Below, one piece after another: positions 51,582 through 63,644 of a stretch of DNA of 64,000 nt. Under the pieces are notes generated by a model, which was not told the origin of the DNA, did no database searches, and was given only the letters and a program-made list of their open reading frames with translations. Position 1 is the first letter of the stretch. Every line of letters starts with the position of its first letter. The stretch is from Pristiophorus japonicus (Eukaryota): contig NC_091986.1 in NCBI RefSeq assembly GCF_044704955.1, positions 191,456,001 to 191,520,000 of the forward strand, given 5' to 3'. The position numbers and the translations under genes were made by a program.

Positions 51582-54500
51582 ACATAGAAACAGAGAAAGT
51601 AGGTGCAGGAGTACGCCATTCGGTCCCTCGAGCCTGCACCACCATTCAATATGATCATGGCTAATCATGCAACTTCAGTCCCCCATTCCTGCTTTCTCTC
51701 CATACTCCTTGATCCCTTTAGCCGTAAGGGCCACATCTAACTCCTTTTTGAATATATCTAATGAACTGGCCTCAACAACTTTCTGTGGTAGAAAATTCCA
51801 CAGGTTCACAATTCTATGAGTGAAGAAGGTCCTCCTCATCTCTTTCCTAAATGGCCTACCCCTTATCCTTAGTCTGTGACCCCTGGTTCGGACTTCCCCA
51901 ACATCGCGAACATTCTTCCTGCATCTAACCTGTCCAATCCCGTCAGAATTTGATATGTTTCTATGAGATCCCCTCTCATTCTTCTAAATTCCAGTGACTA
52001 TAAGCCTAGTCGATCCAGTCTTTCTTCATATGTCAGTCCTGCCATCCCAGGAATCAGTCTGGTGAACCTTCGCTGCACTCCCTCAATAGCAAGAATGTCC
52101 TTCCTCAGATTAGGAGACCAAAACTGCACACAATACTCAAGGTGTGGTCTCACCAAGGCCCTGTACAACTGTAGTAAGACCTCCCTGCTCCTATACTCAA
52201 ATCCCCTCGCTATGAAGGCCAGCATGCCATTTGCTCGCTTTACTGCCTATTGTACCTGCATGCCTACCTTCAATGACTGATGTACCATGACACCCAGGTG
52301 GCATTGCACCTCCGCTTTTACTAATCTGTCACCATTCAGATAATAATCTGCCTTCCTGTTTTTGCCACCAAAGTGGATAACCACACACTTATCCACATTA
52401 TACTGCATCTGCCATGCATTTGCCCATTCACTTAATCTGTCCAAGTCCCCCTGCAGCCTCCTGGCATCCTCCTCGCAGCTCGCAGTGCCACCCAGCTTAG
52501 TGTCATCTGCAAACTGGGAGATACTACATTCAATTCCTTCATCTAAATCATTAATATATATTGTAAATAGCTGTGGTCCCAGCAATTAACCCCACTAGTC
52601 ACTGCCTGCTATTCTGAAAAGGACCCGTTTATTCCCACTATTTGCTTCCTGTCTGCCAACCAGTTCTCTATCCACATCAATACATTATCCCCAATACCAT
52701 GTGCCTTAATTTTGCACACTAATCTCTTGTGTGGGACCTTGTCAAAAGCCTTTTGAAAGTCCAAATACACCACATCCATTGGTTCTCCCTTATCCACTCT
52801 ACTAGTTATTTCCTCAAAAACACTAGAAGATTTGTCAAGCATAATTTCCGTTTCATAAATCCATGCTGACTTGGACCGCTCCTGTCACTGCTTTCCAAAT
52901 GCGCTGCTATTACATCTTTAATAATTGATTCCAGCATTTTCCCCACAACCGATGTCAGGCTAACCAGTCTATAATTCCCCCTTTTCTCTCTCCCTCCTTT
53001 TTTAAAAAGTGGGGTTACATTAGCTACCCTCCAATCCATAGGAACTGGACCAGAGTCCATGTAATGTTGGAAAATGACCACCAATGCATCTGCTATTTCT
53101 AGGGCCACTTCCTTAAGTACTCTGTGATGCAGACTATCAGGCCCTGGGGATTTATCGGCCTTCAGTCCCTTCAATTTCCCTATCACCATTTCCTGACTAA
53201 TAAGGATTTCCCTAAGTTCCCCCTTCTTGCTAGACCCTCGGTCCCCTAATATTTTCGGGAGGTTATTCGTGTCTTCCTTCGTGAAGACAGAACCAAAGTA
53301 TTTGTTCAATTGGTCTGCCATTTCCTTGTTCCCCATTATGAATTCCCCTGATTCTGACTGCAAGGGACCTACTTTAGTCTTCACTAATCTTTTTCACTTC
53401 ACATATCTGTAGAAGCTTTTGCAGTCAGTTTTTATGTTCCCTGCAAGCTTACTCTCATACTCTATTTTCCCCCTCCTAATTAAACCCTTAGTCCTCCTCT
53501 GCTGAATTCTAAATTTCTCCCAGTCCTCTGGTTTGCTGCTTTTTCTGGCCAATTTAACACTTTCCCTAATTTCCCTTGTTAGCCACGATTGAGCCACATT
53601 CCCTTTTTTATTCTTACGCCACACAGGGATGTACAATTGTTATAGTTCATCCATATGATATTTAAATGTCTGCCATTGCCCATCCACCATCACCCCTTTA
53701 AGTATCATTCTCCAGTCTATCCTAGCCAATTCACATCTCATACCATTGAAGTTTCCTTTCTTTAAGTTCAGGACCCTAGTCTTTGAATTAACTGTGTCAC
53801 TCTCCATCTTTATGAAGAATTCTACCATTTTATAGTCACTCTTCCCCAAGTGGCCCCGTATGACCAGATTGCTAATTAATCCTCTCTCGTTACACAAGAC
53901 CCAGTCTAGGATGGCCTGCTCTCTAGTTGATTCCTCAACATATTGGTCTAGAAAACCATCCCTTATACACTCCAGGAAATCCTCCTCCACAGTATTGCTA
54001 CCAGTTTGGTTAGCCCAATCAATATGCAGATTAAAGTCACCCATGATAACTGCTGTATTCTTATTGCACGTGTCCCTAATTTCCTGTTTGATGCCATCCC
54101 CAACCCCCCTACTACTGTTTGGTGGTCTGTACACAACTCCCACTAACGTTTTCTGCCCTTTGGTGTTTTGCAGCTCTACCCATTTCGATTCCACATCATC
54201 CACGCCAATGTCCTTCCTTACTATTGCGTTAATCTCTTTAACCAGTAACGCTACCCCACCTCCTTTGCCTTCCTGTCTGTCCTTCCTGCACATTTAATAC
54301 CCCTGGATGTTGAGTTCCCAGCCTTGGTTACTTTGGAGCCATGTCTCCGTAATCCCAATTACATCATATCAGTTAACTGCTATCAGCGCAGTCAATTCAT
54401 CCACCTTATTACAAATGCTCCTCGCATTGAGACTCAGAGCCTTCAGGCTTGCTTTTTTTTAAACACTCTTTGTCCTTTTAGAATTATGTTGTAATGTGAT

Positions 54501-54622
54501 CCTTTTTGATTTTTGCCCTTGATTTCTCTGTCCTCCACTCTTGCTTTTCTCCTTCCTACCTTTTGCTTCTGCCCCCTTTTTACTTCCCTCTGCCTCCCTG
54601 CATAGATTACCATTTCCCTGCC
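51582..54622 (-). mobile_element. CR1 LINE with essentially complete but disrupted ORF2 (AP endonuclease + RT)
   Basis: GGGVALLVKE, GVVYRPPNS, IMGDFN, ILDWVL (endonuclease); LDFQKAFDKVPH and FADDTKL (RT); tail at the left end. Confidence 0.95.
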
Positions 54623-54625
54623 TTG

Positions 54626-55060
54626 TGAGGAGAGACTGAATCGATTGGGCCTGTATTCACTGGAGTTTAGAAGGATGAGAGGGGATCTCATAGAAACATA
54701 TAAAATTCTGACGGGACTGGACAGGTTAGATGCAGGAAGAATATTCCCGATGTTGGGGAAATCCAGAACCAGGGATCACAGTCTAAGGATAAGGGGTAAG
54801 CCATTTAGGACCGAGATGAGGAGAAACTTCTTCACTCAGAGAGTTGTTAACCTGTGGAATTCCCTACCGCAGAGTTGTTGATGCCAGTTCATTGGATATA
54901 TTCAAGATATGGCCCTTACGGCTAAAGGGATCAAGGGGTATGGAGAAAAAGCAGGAAAGAGGTACTGAGGTGAATGATCAGCCATGATCTTATTGAATGG
55001 TGGTGAAGGCTCGAAGGGCTGAATGGCCTACTCCTGCACCTATTTTCTATGTTTCTATGT
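54626..55060 (+). mobile_element. CR1 3' fragment
   Basis: GLYSLEFRRMRGDLIETYKIL through the TTTCTATG tail. Confidence 0.92.
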
Positions 55061-55419
55061 TTGGGGGTCGGGTCTCGTGTCTGCCATGCGAACAATGTGG
55101 CCTGTCCAGCGGAGCTGATCAATTGTGGAAATGTAATGATAATTCAATATATTATTGGCTTTATTGATTGCTACTCTGCATTGGCTGGACATATTCAGCA
55201 TTGAGTCTACTAAGACTCCTAGGTCTCTTTCAAGTTCATTCTTAGCTATTTTAACACCCATCATGATATAAGTATGTTGCCCGTTCTTTCCTATGTGCAA
55301 TATTTTACATTTATTTGCATTAAACCTCATCATTAAAAAAATGGAAAGACTATGGGGGTACATTTTCAATTTGCTCATTTGAGCAATGGCCAGACAAGGG
55401 TTGTGCACTGTCTCCTACG

Positions 55420-56010
55420 TAAAAAAAAGGCTGAGGCCGGAGGGCGCAATGAATCCTGGGAGTTGTAGTTTTATTTTTCAGGCAGCGGAATGAACGCGTT
55501 GGAATTTGGTGGGGGAGAAGAACTACAACTCCCAGAGCTCCCCGCGCCGGGAGCAGTGCAGGCGCATAGGTTGGAGTAGGAGGGCGGTTGAGCAGAGACG
55601 TTGCTGCCGCTGCTATCTGTTTCATTTTGTCGCTGGGGTGAAGCGGGGACAGGGCGGTGTTGGAGGAGGAGACGACGCTGTCGAAGACGAAGGGGAGGGG
55701 TTGAAATAAAAAAAAAATCAGCCGCAGGTAAGCGATGGTTAGTCAGTCATGATTATTGTGGGGATTAACGGGGCGGCCGGTGGACAACGGGCTGACCTGT
55801 TTGACCGGGGTGGATGAGCTCCTCAGCGGCCGGAGGAAAGGCCTCTGCCGGCGGGGAGGGTACCTTCCCGGGTGAAGCGACACAACTATTTGTTGTGTCA
55901 ATGGTGCAATCGGGAGCTGCAGTTTGTGCAGCGCAAGAGCAATCTTCTCGTTTTATTTTTCGAGATGATTCGCTGTCAAAAGGCGGATAAAGGGACACCC
56001 CGCCTCCCTC
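55420..56010 (+). promoter_or_regulatory. CpG-island promoter of an unidentified gene
   Basis: CpG-rich; two divergently oriented ACTACAACTCCCAG (ZNF143/THAP11-type) motifs at 55451-55470 (-) and 55521-55540 (+). Confidence 0.82.
55580..55727 (+). other. Probable non-coding first exon
   Basis: Strong donor CAG|GTAAGC at 55727/55728 downstream of the promoter motifs; no ATG in the exon; start approximate. Confidence 0.65.
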
Positions 56011-56117
56011 TTGCCTGCACATATTCCCTAATTAATGCTCACATGTCGGTGTGATATTTAAAGCAATCGACAGCAACTTAATCAGGCGCAGCAGGCTTTC
56101 TGTTTGTTAGAGAGCAA

Positions 56118-56410
56118 GACTTTACATTTACATAGCGCCTTTCACGGCCTCGGGACGTCCCAAAGCGCTTTACCCGCCAATGAAGCACTTTTTGAAGTGT
56201 CGCCACTGTTGTCCTGTAGGAAACGCAGCAGCCAGTTTGCGCCTAGCAAGCTCTCACATACAGCAATGTGATAAATGAACAGATAATCCGGTTTTGTGAT
56301 GTTGATTGAGGGATAAATATTGGCCAGGACATTGGGGAAAACTCTCCTGTTACTGTTCGAAATAGTGACTTGGGATCTTTTGCGTTCCCTCGAGAGGGGC
56401 CTCGGTTTAA
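56118..56410 (-). mobile_element. DeuSINE partial copy
   Basis: Homologous to 13652-13940. Confidence 0.8.
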
Positions 56411-57874
56411 TGTGCAAGTCAGTTTGTTAATAAATTGTGCTATTTATCAGATTAGTAAAACATGATTGGCGACTTGATGTTGCCTCCTCGTGCTAGAGTG
56501 TATTGTTTCAAACAATTAGATTGACCTGATAATCAAAACGACATTGAGAAAGTGTTAAGTTAGCAACTAGCCAGGTGGCTACTTTGTCTTTCTTGTGAAG
56601 CTTGCTGTTCTCGGAATTGATTCTTCCTGAGGTGTTGATTCGCCTTGCCTGCAATACCAAGCTTGTTGATTATTACATTTACTAGTTAATCTGTTTTTTG
56701 GTGGTGTTGACTAAGGAATGAATGATGGCTAGAACTCCCCATTGGTTATTACCGACTCAAATTGGATCAGTGATTAGTAAATACAATCGTCAGAAACTCA
56801 GTTGAGTTTATTCAGATTCAATTGCAGTTATCGCTAAATGATGTCTAGTTATTTGCTATGTTATATAGTGGGAATGGGACGTTCTTGGCTGCTGTTTGTA
56901 CGGTAGCTGCTCCCAGTCTCACCGATTAAAAACCTGAAAAACAAAGTGATCAGTAATAGCCTGTATAGTGGAGGATTAGGAACTGATTTTCAATTCAAAG
57001 CTGCATTTGTCCTATCTTCAGCTCTTTGGTACAGTGAAGGTAGTTGCCTATGAAATCGATCACATCTTATTTCATTATGCATGAAGTTTTCTATTTTGGT
57101 GTACTCACTATGGCAAATCCTAGATTTAGTTAAATCCTCCTGTGAATGTTACCAAGCATTAAGAATGTCATGCTGGGTGTTAAGTGTTCTGATTTTTGAG
57201 CCATTTACAATCAACAAAACTGTATGCATAAGCAATAATGGTAGTTCATTGACTATAATGTGCATGTTAGTTATAAATTGCTCGAGCTTTTTTTGGTTTG
57301 TGTAACATGAGCCAATCCCATTACAGCCCTGTAATTGTTGTGTGCAACCTCTATTTTTATATTTTACTAGATACACTAGTACTATAGAAAAGTAAAACAT
57401 TTAATGTACAGATGTGGGTGGACAATATTTTAATACTTTTCCTGAATCGATCTACCATTCCCAGAATGAGAGGATGTCAAGAAGACTTGCTTCTAGATCC
57501 CTTTGCTACTCTTGAGCTGGGAAAAGGAGGTACATCAAGACACCCATTACCTGCACTTCTATTATCTGCCACAATTTTTGGAGGACGTTGCTTCATTACA
57601 TAATTTTTGTTATTTGTCCCTCTTGGTGAATAAAACACATGTTTCTTTTGTTTGTCTTCTGCCTGCTGTCATTCCCATGTCTACAGCACTGCTGTACCAG
57701 ATTTTGGGGACTTGATTGTCGCCAAAGAATCCCTGTTATGTTATACATTGGAGGTTCCTGTTGAAAGTTGGTCTTAATTGTCAATTTAAGTTCCTTGCTG
57801 ATCAAATTTCTTCCATCTCCCCAGCCGGTACTTTTTTCTAAGAGGTCAAATAAAACCAGGAAACAGATGTGTGC

Positions 57875-58076
57875 TGTTATGTATGTAATAAAGGTACAAA
57901 CTGAGTACTGTTTAACTGAACAAGGTGCAACCTTGTTTCTGCTTTATTACGGCCCAAAGTGCCTGACTCTCAAAATGGCTGGCCTTTTATACAGAGCAGC
58001 ACCATGTGCGTGCTGCTCAATGGCCTCCAACAATGACACCATCTGGTGGTTACAAACAGCATGTACATACATGACG
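57875..58076 (-). mobile_element. Solo LTR related to the element 3 family
   Basis: Shares TGTTATGTATGTAATAA...CATACATGAC with 39217-39421; TSD TGTGC/TGTGA (4 of 5). Confidence 0.88.
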
Positions 58077-59601
58077 TGTGAACTGGGATTTTGTTTTGAG
58101 ATGGTTTTGAAATTTGATGGGGGGGAAAAGAAGACACAATTGGAATGGCCAAGGTCTTATTTAGCGAGCGTATTTAAGTATTGTACCAACTTGTATTATG
58201 TTCATTATATACTGTCAGAATGGGTTTGTGCTTGTTAACAAATATAATACAAATCTTGTACCTAGTTTTTATACTACTATTCATTTAAATTGGCTTTACG
58301 TTACTGTTTCTTTTATATAAAAAAAAAACACACTGTACTACACACATTTTAATGGGCTAATAGAGCATCCTCTCCCTCCCTTTTCTCCCGTGCTCTCTGG
58401 GTGCTGAATTTTGCTGGGTACTGTTCCATGAACCTGGTAGTTCTCTGGCACTAAACCTAAATGACTGTTCTTCATGCTATTCCATGGGAATGTGTTGTAG
58501 GCTTGCACATTGCAAATGGAGACTTGGGGTCGGGACTGAGGGCTGCCAGTGCCGGAAGAAATGTACTCCAGCAAGAGTTGGCCCTTGGAGGGGAGGAGAA
58601 AAATATTGGTGGCCAGACAATGCATCCAGACAATGTTATACTGTACTATAACACATTGCTGTGGAAAAGTATTTAAATGTCAAAAATAAAGACAATAATT
58701 ATATACATTTATAAATGACATTTTAGATGGAACCAAATGCAATCATTTTGGTACACTTTCTAAAGTACGTTTTACTGAAGAAAAGTGACTTCCTTTATGG
58801 TTTCAAATATTTGTGGTCTATTGTGTGTGGAAAAACTGCATACTGATTAAAGCAAAACCCAAATGTACTTGAACAGTCTTCAGAGTTGTTGATTAGTAGA
58901 AGATGACATACCGGTGAACTTGTCTGTCAAGTTGCAAGAATAGTAATATTCCTGTCTTTGCTGTTTGTAGCAGAATTGTAAATTATTCTTTATTATAACA
59001 CCACTGTTAAATAAATCCTGTTGAACTAATACTAATTGAAGTTAACTAGTTGAGTAGCTGTAGGGTTAAACAGCGATAACTGAACAGTAATACTGAAAGA
59101 CCAGGACTTCAAGGGAAGGTGCTTACAAGTAAATGTTGAGGGTGCAAAACATGACCGAAAAGGGAAAAAAATATTTATTTTTTGATTAGTAGGAGCATAC
59201 AAGTAGGTGGAATTGGAACCATGTCAAAGGAAAGATGTGGGGCAATAGAAATAGCCAGCACATTTACTGGGAAATAACATGCCAGAGTATAAACCCTACA
59301 GAAGGTAAATGAATAATGAGGTGTGGAGATAAATAATTGACAACGCAACCAGATGCCACTAAGTAGCAGATGCAATTTGAAGTGAACAGATGTAAAATTA
59401 ATATGGGCGCATGAAGTATTTAGCTACAGTAAAACAGAAAATACAGTACTGGGTAGCATTGCAGAGGAATGCAGGATAAATGTAGAGCATTTGTATTGCT
59501 GCTTTTATAAAGTGTTGGTGAGACCACATATGGAGTAATGTGTACAGTTCTGGCTTTCTAACCATAGCATGAATATTACTGTCCTTGAGGGGATACAGAG
59601 A

Positions 59602-59930
59602 ATAAGAACATAAGAAATAGGAGCAGGAGTAGGCCATATGGCCCCTCGAGCCTGCTTTGCCACTTAGTAATATCATGGCTGATCTGATCATGGCCTCAAC
59701 TCTACTTTCCTGCCCGTTTCCCATAACCCCTGACTCCCTTATAGTTCAAGAATCTGTCTATCTCAGCCTTGAATATATTCAATGACTTGGCTTCCACAGC
59801 TCTCTGGGGTAGAGAATTCCAAAGATTCACGACCCTCTGAGAGAAGAAATTCTTCCTCCTCTCCGTCTTAAATGGACGACCCCTTATCCTGAAACTATGT
59901 CCTCTAGTTCTAGCTTCCCCCATGAGGAAC
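59602..59930 (-). mobile_element. CR1 3' fragment
   Basis: ARTRGHSFRIRGRPFKTERRKNFFSQRVVNLWNSLP plus tail. Confidence 0.9.
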
Positions 59931-60180
59931 AAAGTTGATCACGGGTGTCTTGAGTTTGAGTATCGATTTTAAGGAAATTAGGCTTTTCTTTCTAAAAGAG
60001 ACTTTCAAATTTTCAAGATTATAATGGGAATTGATAAGTTTAGCCAGACAAATATCAGAAAATAGGTATGAATTGAATGGCTGAAATTCTGCCCATCCTG
60101 GTTTATTCATCCAGAAAGAATTATAGTTTCCCCCCATCACAGCAAGCAGCAGATTCTGAAATGATTCTCTGGGATTCACC

Positions 60181-61035
60181 TCCATTACCCTTGCACCAGG
60201 GAGGCAACATACCATCCTGGAGTCTCGTTTGCAGCCTCAGAAACGCCTAGCACAATAGCTCACGCTTTTTCCTGCCCTGTGCAGCAGAGTCACCCCTGGT
60301 GCCATGAACTTGGCTGCTGCTGCCTTCCCCTGATGAGCCATCTCCCCAACAGTATCCAAAACGATATATCTGTTTTGGAAGGAGGTGACCGCAGGGGACC
60401 TCTGCACTACCTACCTTCCTTCCCTTGCTCTTCCTGATGGTCACCCATTCCCTATCTGCCTGTGTAACCTTTACCTGCGGTGTGACCAGCTCACTAAATG
60501 TGCCATCCACGACGTCCTCAGCATTGCGGATGCACCAGAGTGAATCCATGCGCAGCTCCAGTGCCGCAATGCGGTCCGACAGGAGCTGCAGCTGGACACA
60601 CTTCCTGCACACATAGTAGCCAGGGACACTGGAAGTGTCCTGGACTTCCCATATAGCACAGGAGGAGCATGACTCAGCTCTGGGCTCTCCTGATGACTTA
60701 ACCCTTAGATTAACTTAATTTGACAACAATGCCAAAGGTTACCTACTGATAAGAAAAGAAAAAGAAAAAATACTCACCAATCACTTACCAGCTTGGCTGT
60801 GCGGTCACACTTCAATTTCTTTTTACTTCTATTTTGCCTTTTCTCCCTGTACCAGATGGCTCCTCCAACTGCCGCTGGCCTTTTATAGGCCTCGAGCCTC
60901 CCGCTGGCTGCTCCTCCGACTGCCACTGGCCTTTCATAGGCCTCGATCCTCCTACTTCCACTAGCTCCTCCTGATCTGTCGCTGGCCTTTTATAGGCCTC
61001 GATCCTCCCACTCCCGCTAGCTCCTCCGACTGCTG
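60181..61035 (-). mobile_element. CR1 5' end: 5' UTR plus ORF1 N-terminal half (Zn finger, leucine zipper, start of esterase domain)
   Basis: SCSSCAIWEV...CRKCVQLQLLSDRIAALELRMDSL...VCCLPGARV, characteristic of CR1 ORF1. Confidence 0.85.
60860..61033 (-). repeat. Tandem monomers of 51-56 bp (3 plus a partial) in the CR1 5' UTR
   Basis: Units start at 60860, 60911, 60965 and 61021; the full units contain GGCCTTTYATAGGCC. Confidence 0.9.
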
Positions 61036-61416
61036 ATCCACTCCAACGGGGAAATCCTAATTACTGGTGCAGAGTTGGGCTAATTGTCCAGCAATGACGC
61101 CTGAAAGTTTTGCAGCTGATGCAAACAGGCACAGGGGCGAGAGGATACCTGTACCTCTTAAAAGCTATATTAGGCTGGAAATAAAGCATTTTAGGATTTT
61201 GTCCATGAAAAGTATTGTTCATGAAAAGTTTGGAGGAAGCGGTTGCTATATTGAGGGTTTTATTTATTTTAGTTTTGCATCTATGTGGAACATAAGCTTA
61301 AAAAAACATCTGTACAGAAAGTGGAGGAAAGGGGGAAAAAAAACCTCATTACTAGAACCTTCCAGGAATTAATGTGCATGAACATCTATGGAATAAATAA
61401 TGAGACCTTCTGTTTG

Positions 61417-61568
61417 CTGATTGGCGCATTGGCCTACCTGATACTAGGCATGCTTCTGCACACGCTGCGCCGCTGGGATCCGTGGGTCACTACACTGCCC
61501 TCTACTACGCAGCATCTGCCAGCAAGTCCTGGAAGGAGTGTTCCCCCCCCCCCCCCCCTCCACATCAG
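61417..61568 (+). other. Candidate alternative first (or internal) exon
   Basis: Two inverted CCAAT boxes at 61417-61432, local CpG enrichment, perfect donor CAG|GTAAGT at 61568/61569. Confidence 0.5.
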
Positions 61569-62639
61569 GTAAGTGCGCATTTGGTTTGGATGCCGGCATT
61601 GTAATCCGTCGGTACGCCGCTAATCTCAAAATCCAGGCCAATATTTTACTGTAGTATTTGTCAATGTTAAAAAGAAAGTAAATGCTAGTCTTGCTGGCTC
61701 CTTGTTTTGTATTTCTTTTCTGGAAGTTGACTGGTTTACCTATTTGCATTGTTTTACATATTGGTTTCCTGCAGTAAAATATTTCAATATGAATCATTCT
61801 AAAAAATTTGGAGACTAAATTTGTTGCTAGTAAGAATCACTGTAACTAAAGCTTTCTCACATTTGATTATTTTTTAAAAAAGATACAAATTTATAATGAC
61901 TTGATTTGAATTATAAAGCTGTCATTAATTCCATGCACCGTACAATTTCCTGATGATGGCTCATCCAGGCAGTTTCACATCCTAACTGATGATAAAGCAC
62001 TTTAATGGTCTGTACCATACATAATTTCTTCCATACATTTTTAAATGGTTAACAAAAATGCAATAAAGTTCAATAATTAATAACGATACAGCTAATATCA
62101 TTTCAGCAAAGTCCTCACGACTTCTCCTTTTTGTGTCTTCATACCTATATCCTTTTACCTGAAAAGGCACGGCAGTTAAAGGAATAAGTTCTTCATGTCT
62201 ACTGTCACCATACTTATGTGGCAAGGCTGGTTCTGCTTTTCTCTGTCCCAAGTGCAGGGAGCCTTACCTCGTGGCGTGGCTGAGAACTGTCAACATTTTT
62301 TTTGAAAGCAGTCAGTGCTGAAATTAAAACTTTAGCTTTAAAATGCTACGTACCAGATCAACCTCCTATTGTATTTTACTCCTCCCCTGATACTTTCCTC
62401 CCCATTTGAGTTTTGTCTTCACCATTCTGAATGTGCGACCTCCTTCCAGGCATTTGTAACCTGTTGATAAAAAGTTCATTGGGTTTGAATGAGTTGTTAA
62501 ATTGTCTGTCTATTCAATTGGATGTGAAAGATTCCATTGCACTATTCAAAGAAAGAGCAGGGAGTTTTCCCAACAGTCTAGTTCTGAAGGCATTTAGGAT
62601 CAAGTGTAGTGTCGGATGTAGTAGTAAGCCTCAAGTATA

Positions 62640-63635
62640 GAATCTTGAAGCACAGAAAACCATTTGGCCAGTCTTGCCTGTGGCGGCTCTTTGAAGCCCT
62701 GCAGTCTTCCGTTTCAAGTATATATCCAATTCCCTTTTGAAAGTTACTATTGTATCTGCTTCTAACTTTCTGGCAGTACATTCTAGATCATAATTTGCTG
62801 TGTTTAATTTTTTTTTTAAATTCTCCTCTGCTCCCCTTTGGTTCTTGTGCCATTTATCTTAATTCTGTGTCCTCTGTTTACTAACCCACCCACCAGTGGA
62901 AACAGTTTCTTCTTTATTTTCTCTTGAAACCCATTATAACTGTAATGACTCAAGAGTCTGGTTACTGTAAACTCAGGTGCAACCTGATCCATCTTTATTC
63001 CAGCCCAAGAGTGCCAGCATGACAGACACCCAGCTTATATACAGGTGACCAAGCACACATGCCACATGCGTTCAGCCCGATGACCTCCAACCGTGGCGCC
63101 CTCTGGTGTCTGGTGACCCCCAAGCATTCTCGCATAACAATAACTTCTACCAAATCTCTCCTTAACCTTAATAGCTTCTCTATTCTCTCAACATAACTGA
63201 AGTCCCTCATCCCTGGTATTCTGTCTAATCTCATCTGCTCCCTCTCCAAGGCCTGGACCTCCTTTAAATGTGGTGTCCAGAATTGAACACAATTCTCTAG
63301 CTGAGGCATAACCAATGATTTCTAAAGATTTATTTACCATAATTTCCTTGCTTTTTGTACACTGTTTCTATTTATAAAGCCAAGGATCCCATTTTTAGGC
63401 AGCTTTATGAACTTGCCCTGATTTTGTATGTGAAATCCTGTGACTCTCTGTTCCTGCACCCTCTTTAATATTGTTTTATTTAGTTTCTATTGCTGTTATT
63501 CATTCATCTTCCCCCTGCCTCCCCCCCCACCCACCACCACCAAATGTATAATTTCTCACTTCTCTGTTAAATTTCATCTGCCATGTGTCTTTGCATTTCA
63601 CCAATCTTTCACTCACTCTGAACTCTGCTGTTATC
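62640..63635 (-). mobile_element. Old CR1 fragment containing a solo LTR
   Basis: PQLENCVQFWTPHLK, WQMKFN. Confidence 0.8.
62941..63139 (-). mobile_element. Solo LTR (fourth family, distantly related to element 3 LTRs)
   Basis: TG...CA ends; perfect TSD ATAAC (62936-62940 and 63140-63144); TATA-like and AATAAA signals on the minus strand. Confidence 0.9.
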
Positions 63636-63644
63636 CTCCATGCG

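Noticed and set aside
51582-55060. Head-to-head CR1 pairs (also 113-1388 and about 63640) as twin-priming or double-insertion products
   Set aside because: The partners overlap in consensus coordinates, and for 51582-55060 the outer flanks share no TSD; independent insertions explain them.
60860-61033. Palindromic repeats as a CRISPR-like array
   Set aside because: Eukaryotic context, similar rather than unique spacers, and the repeats abut CR1 ORF1.
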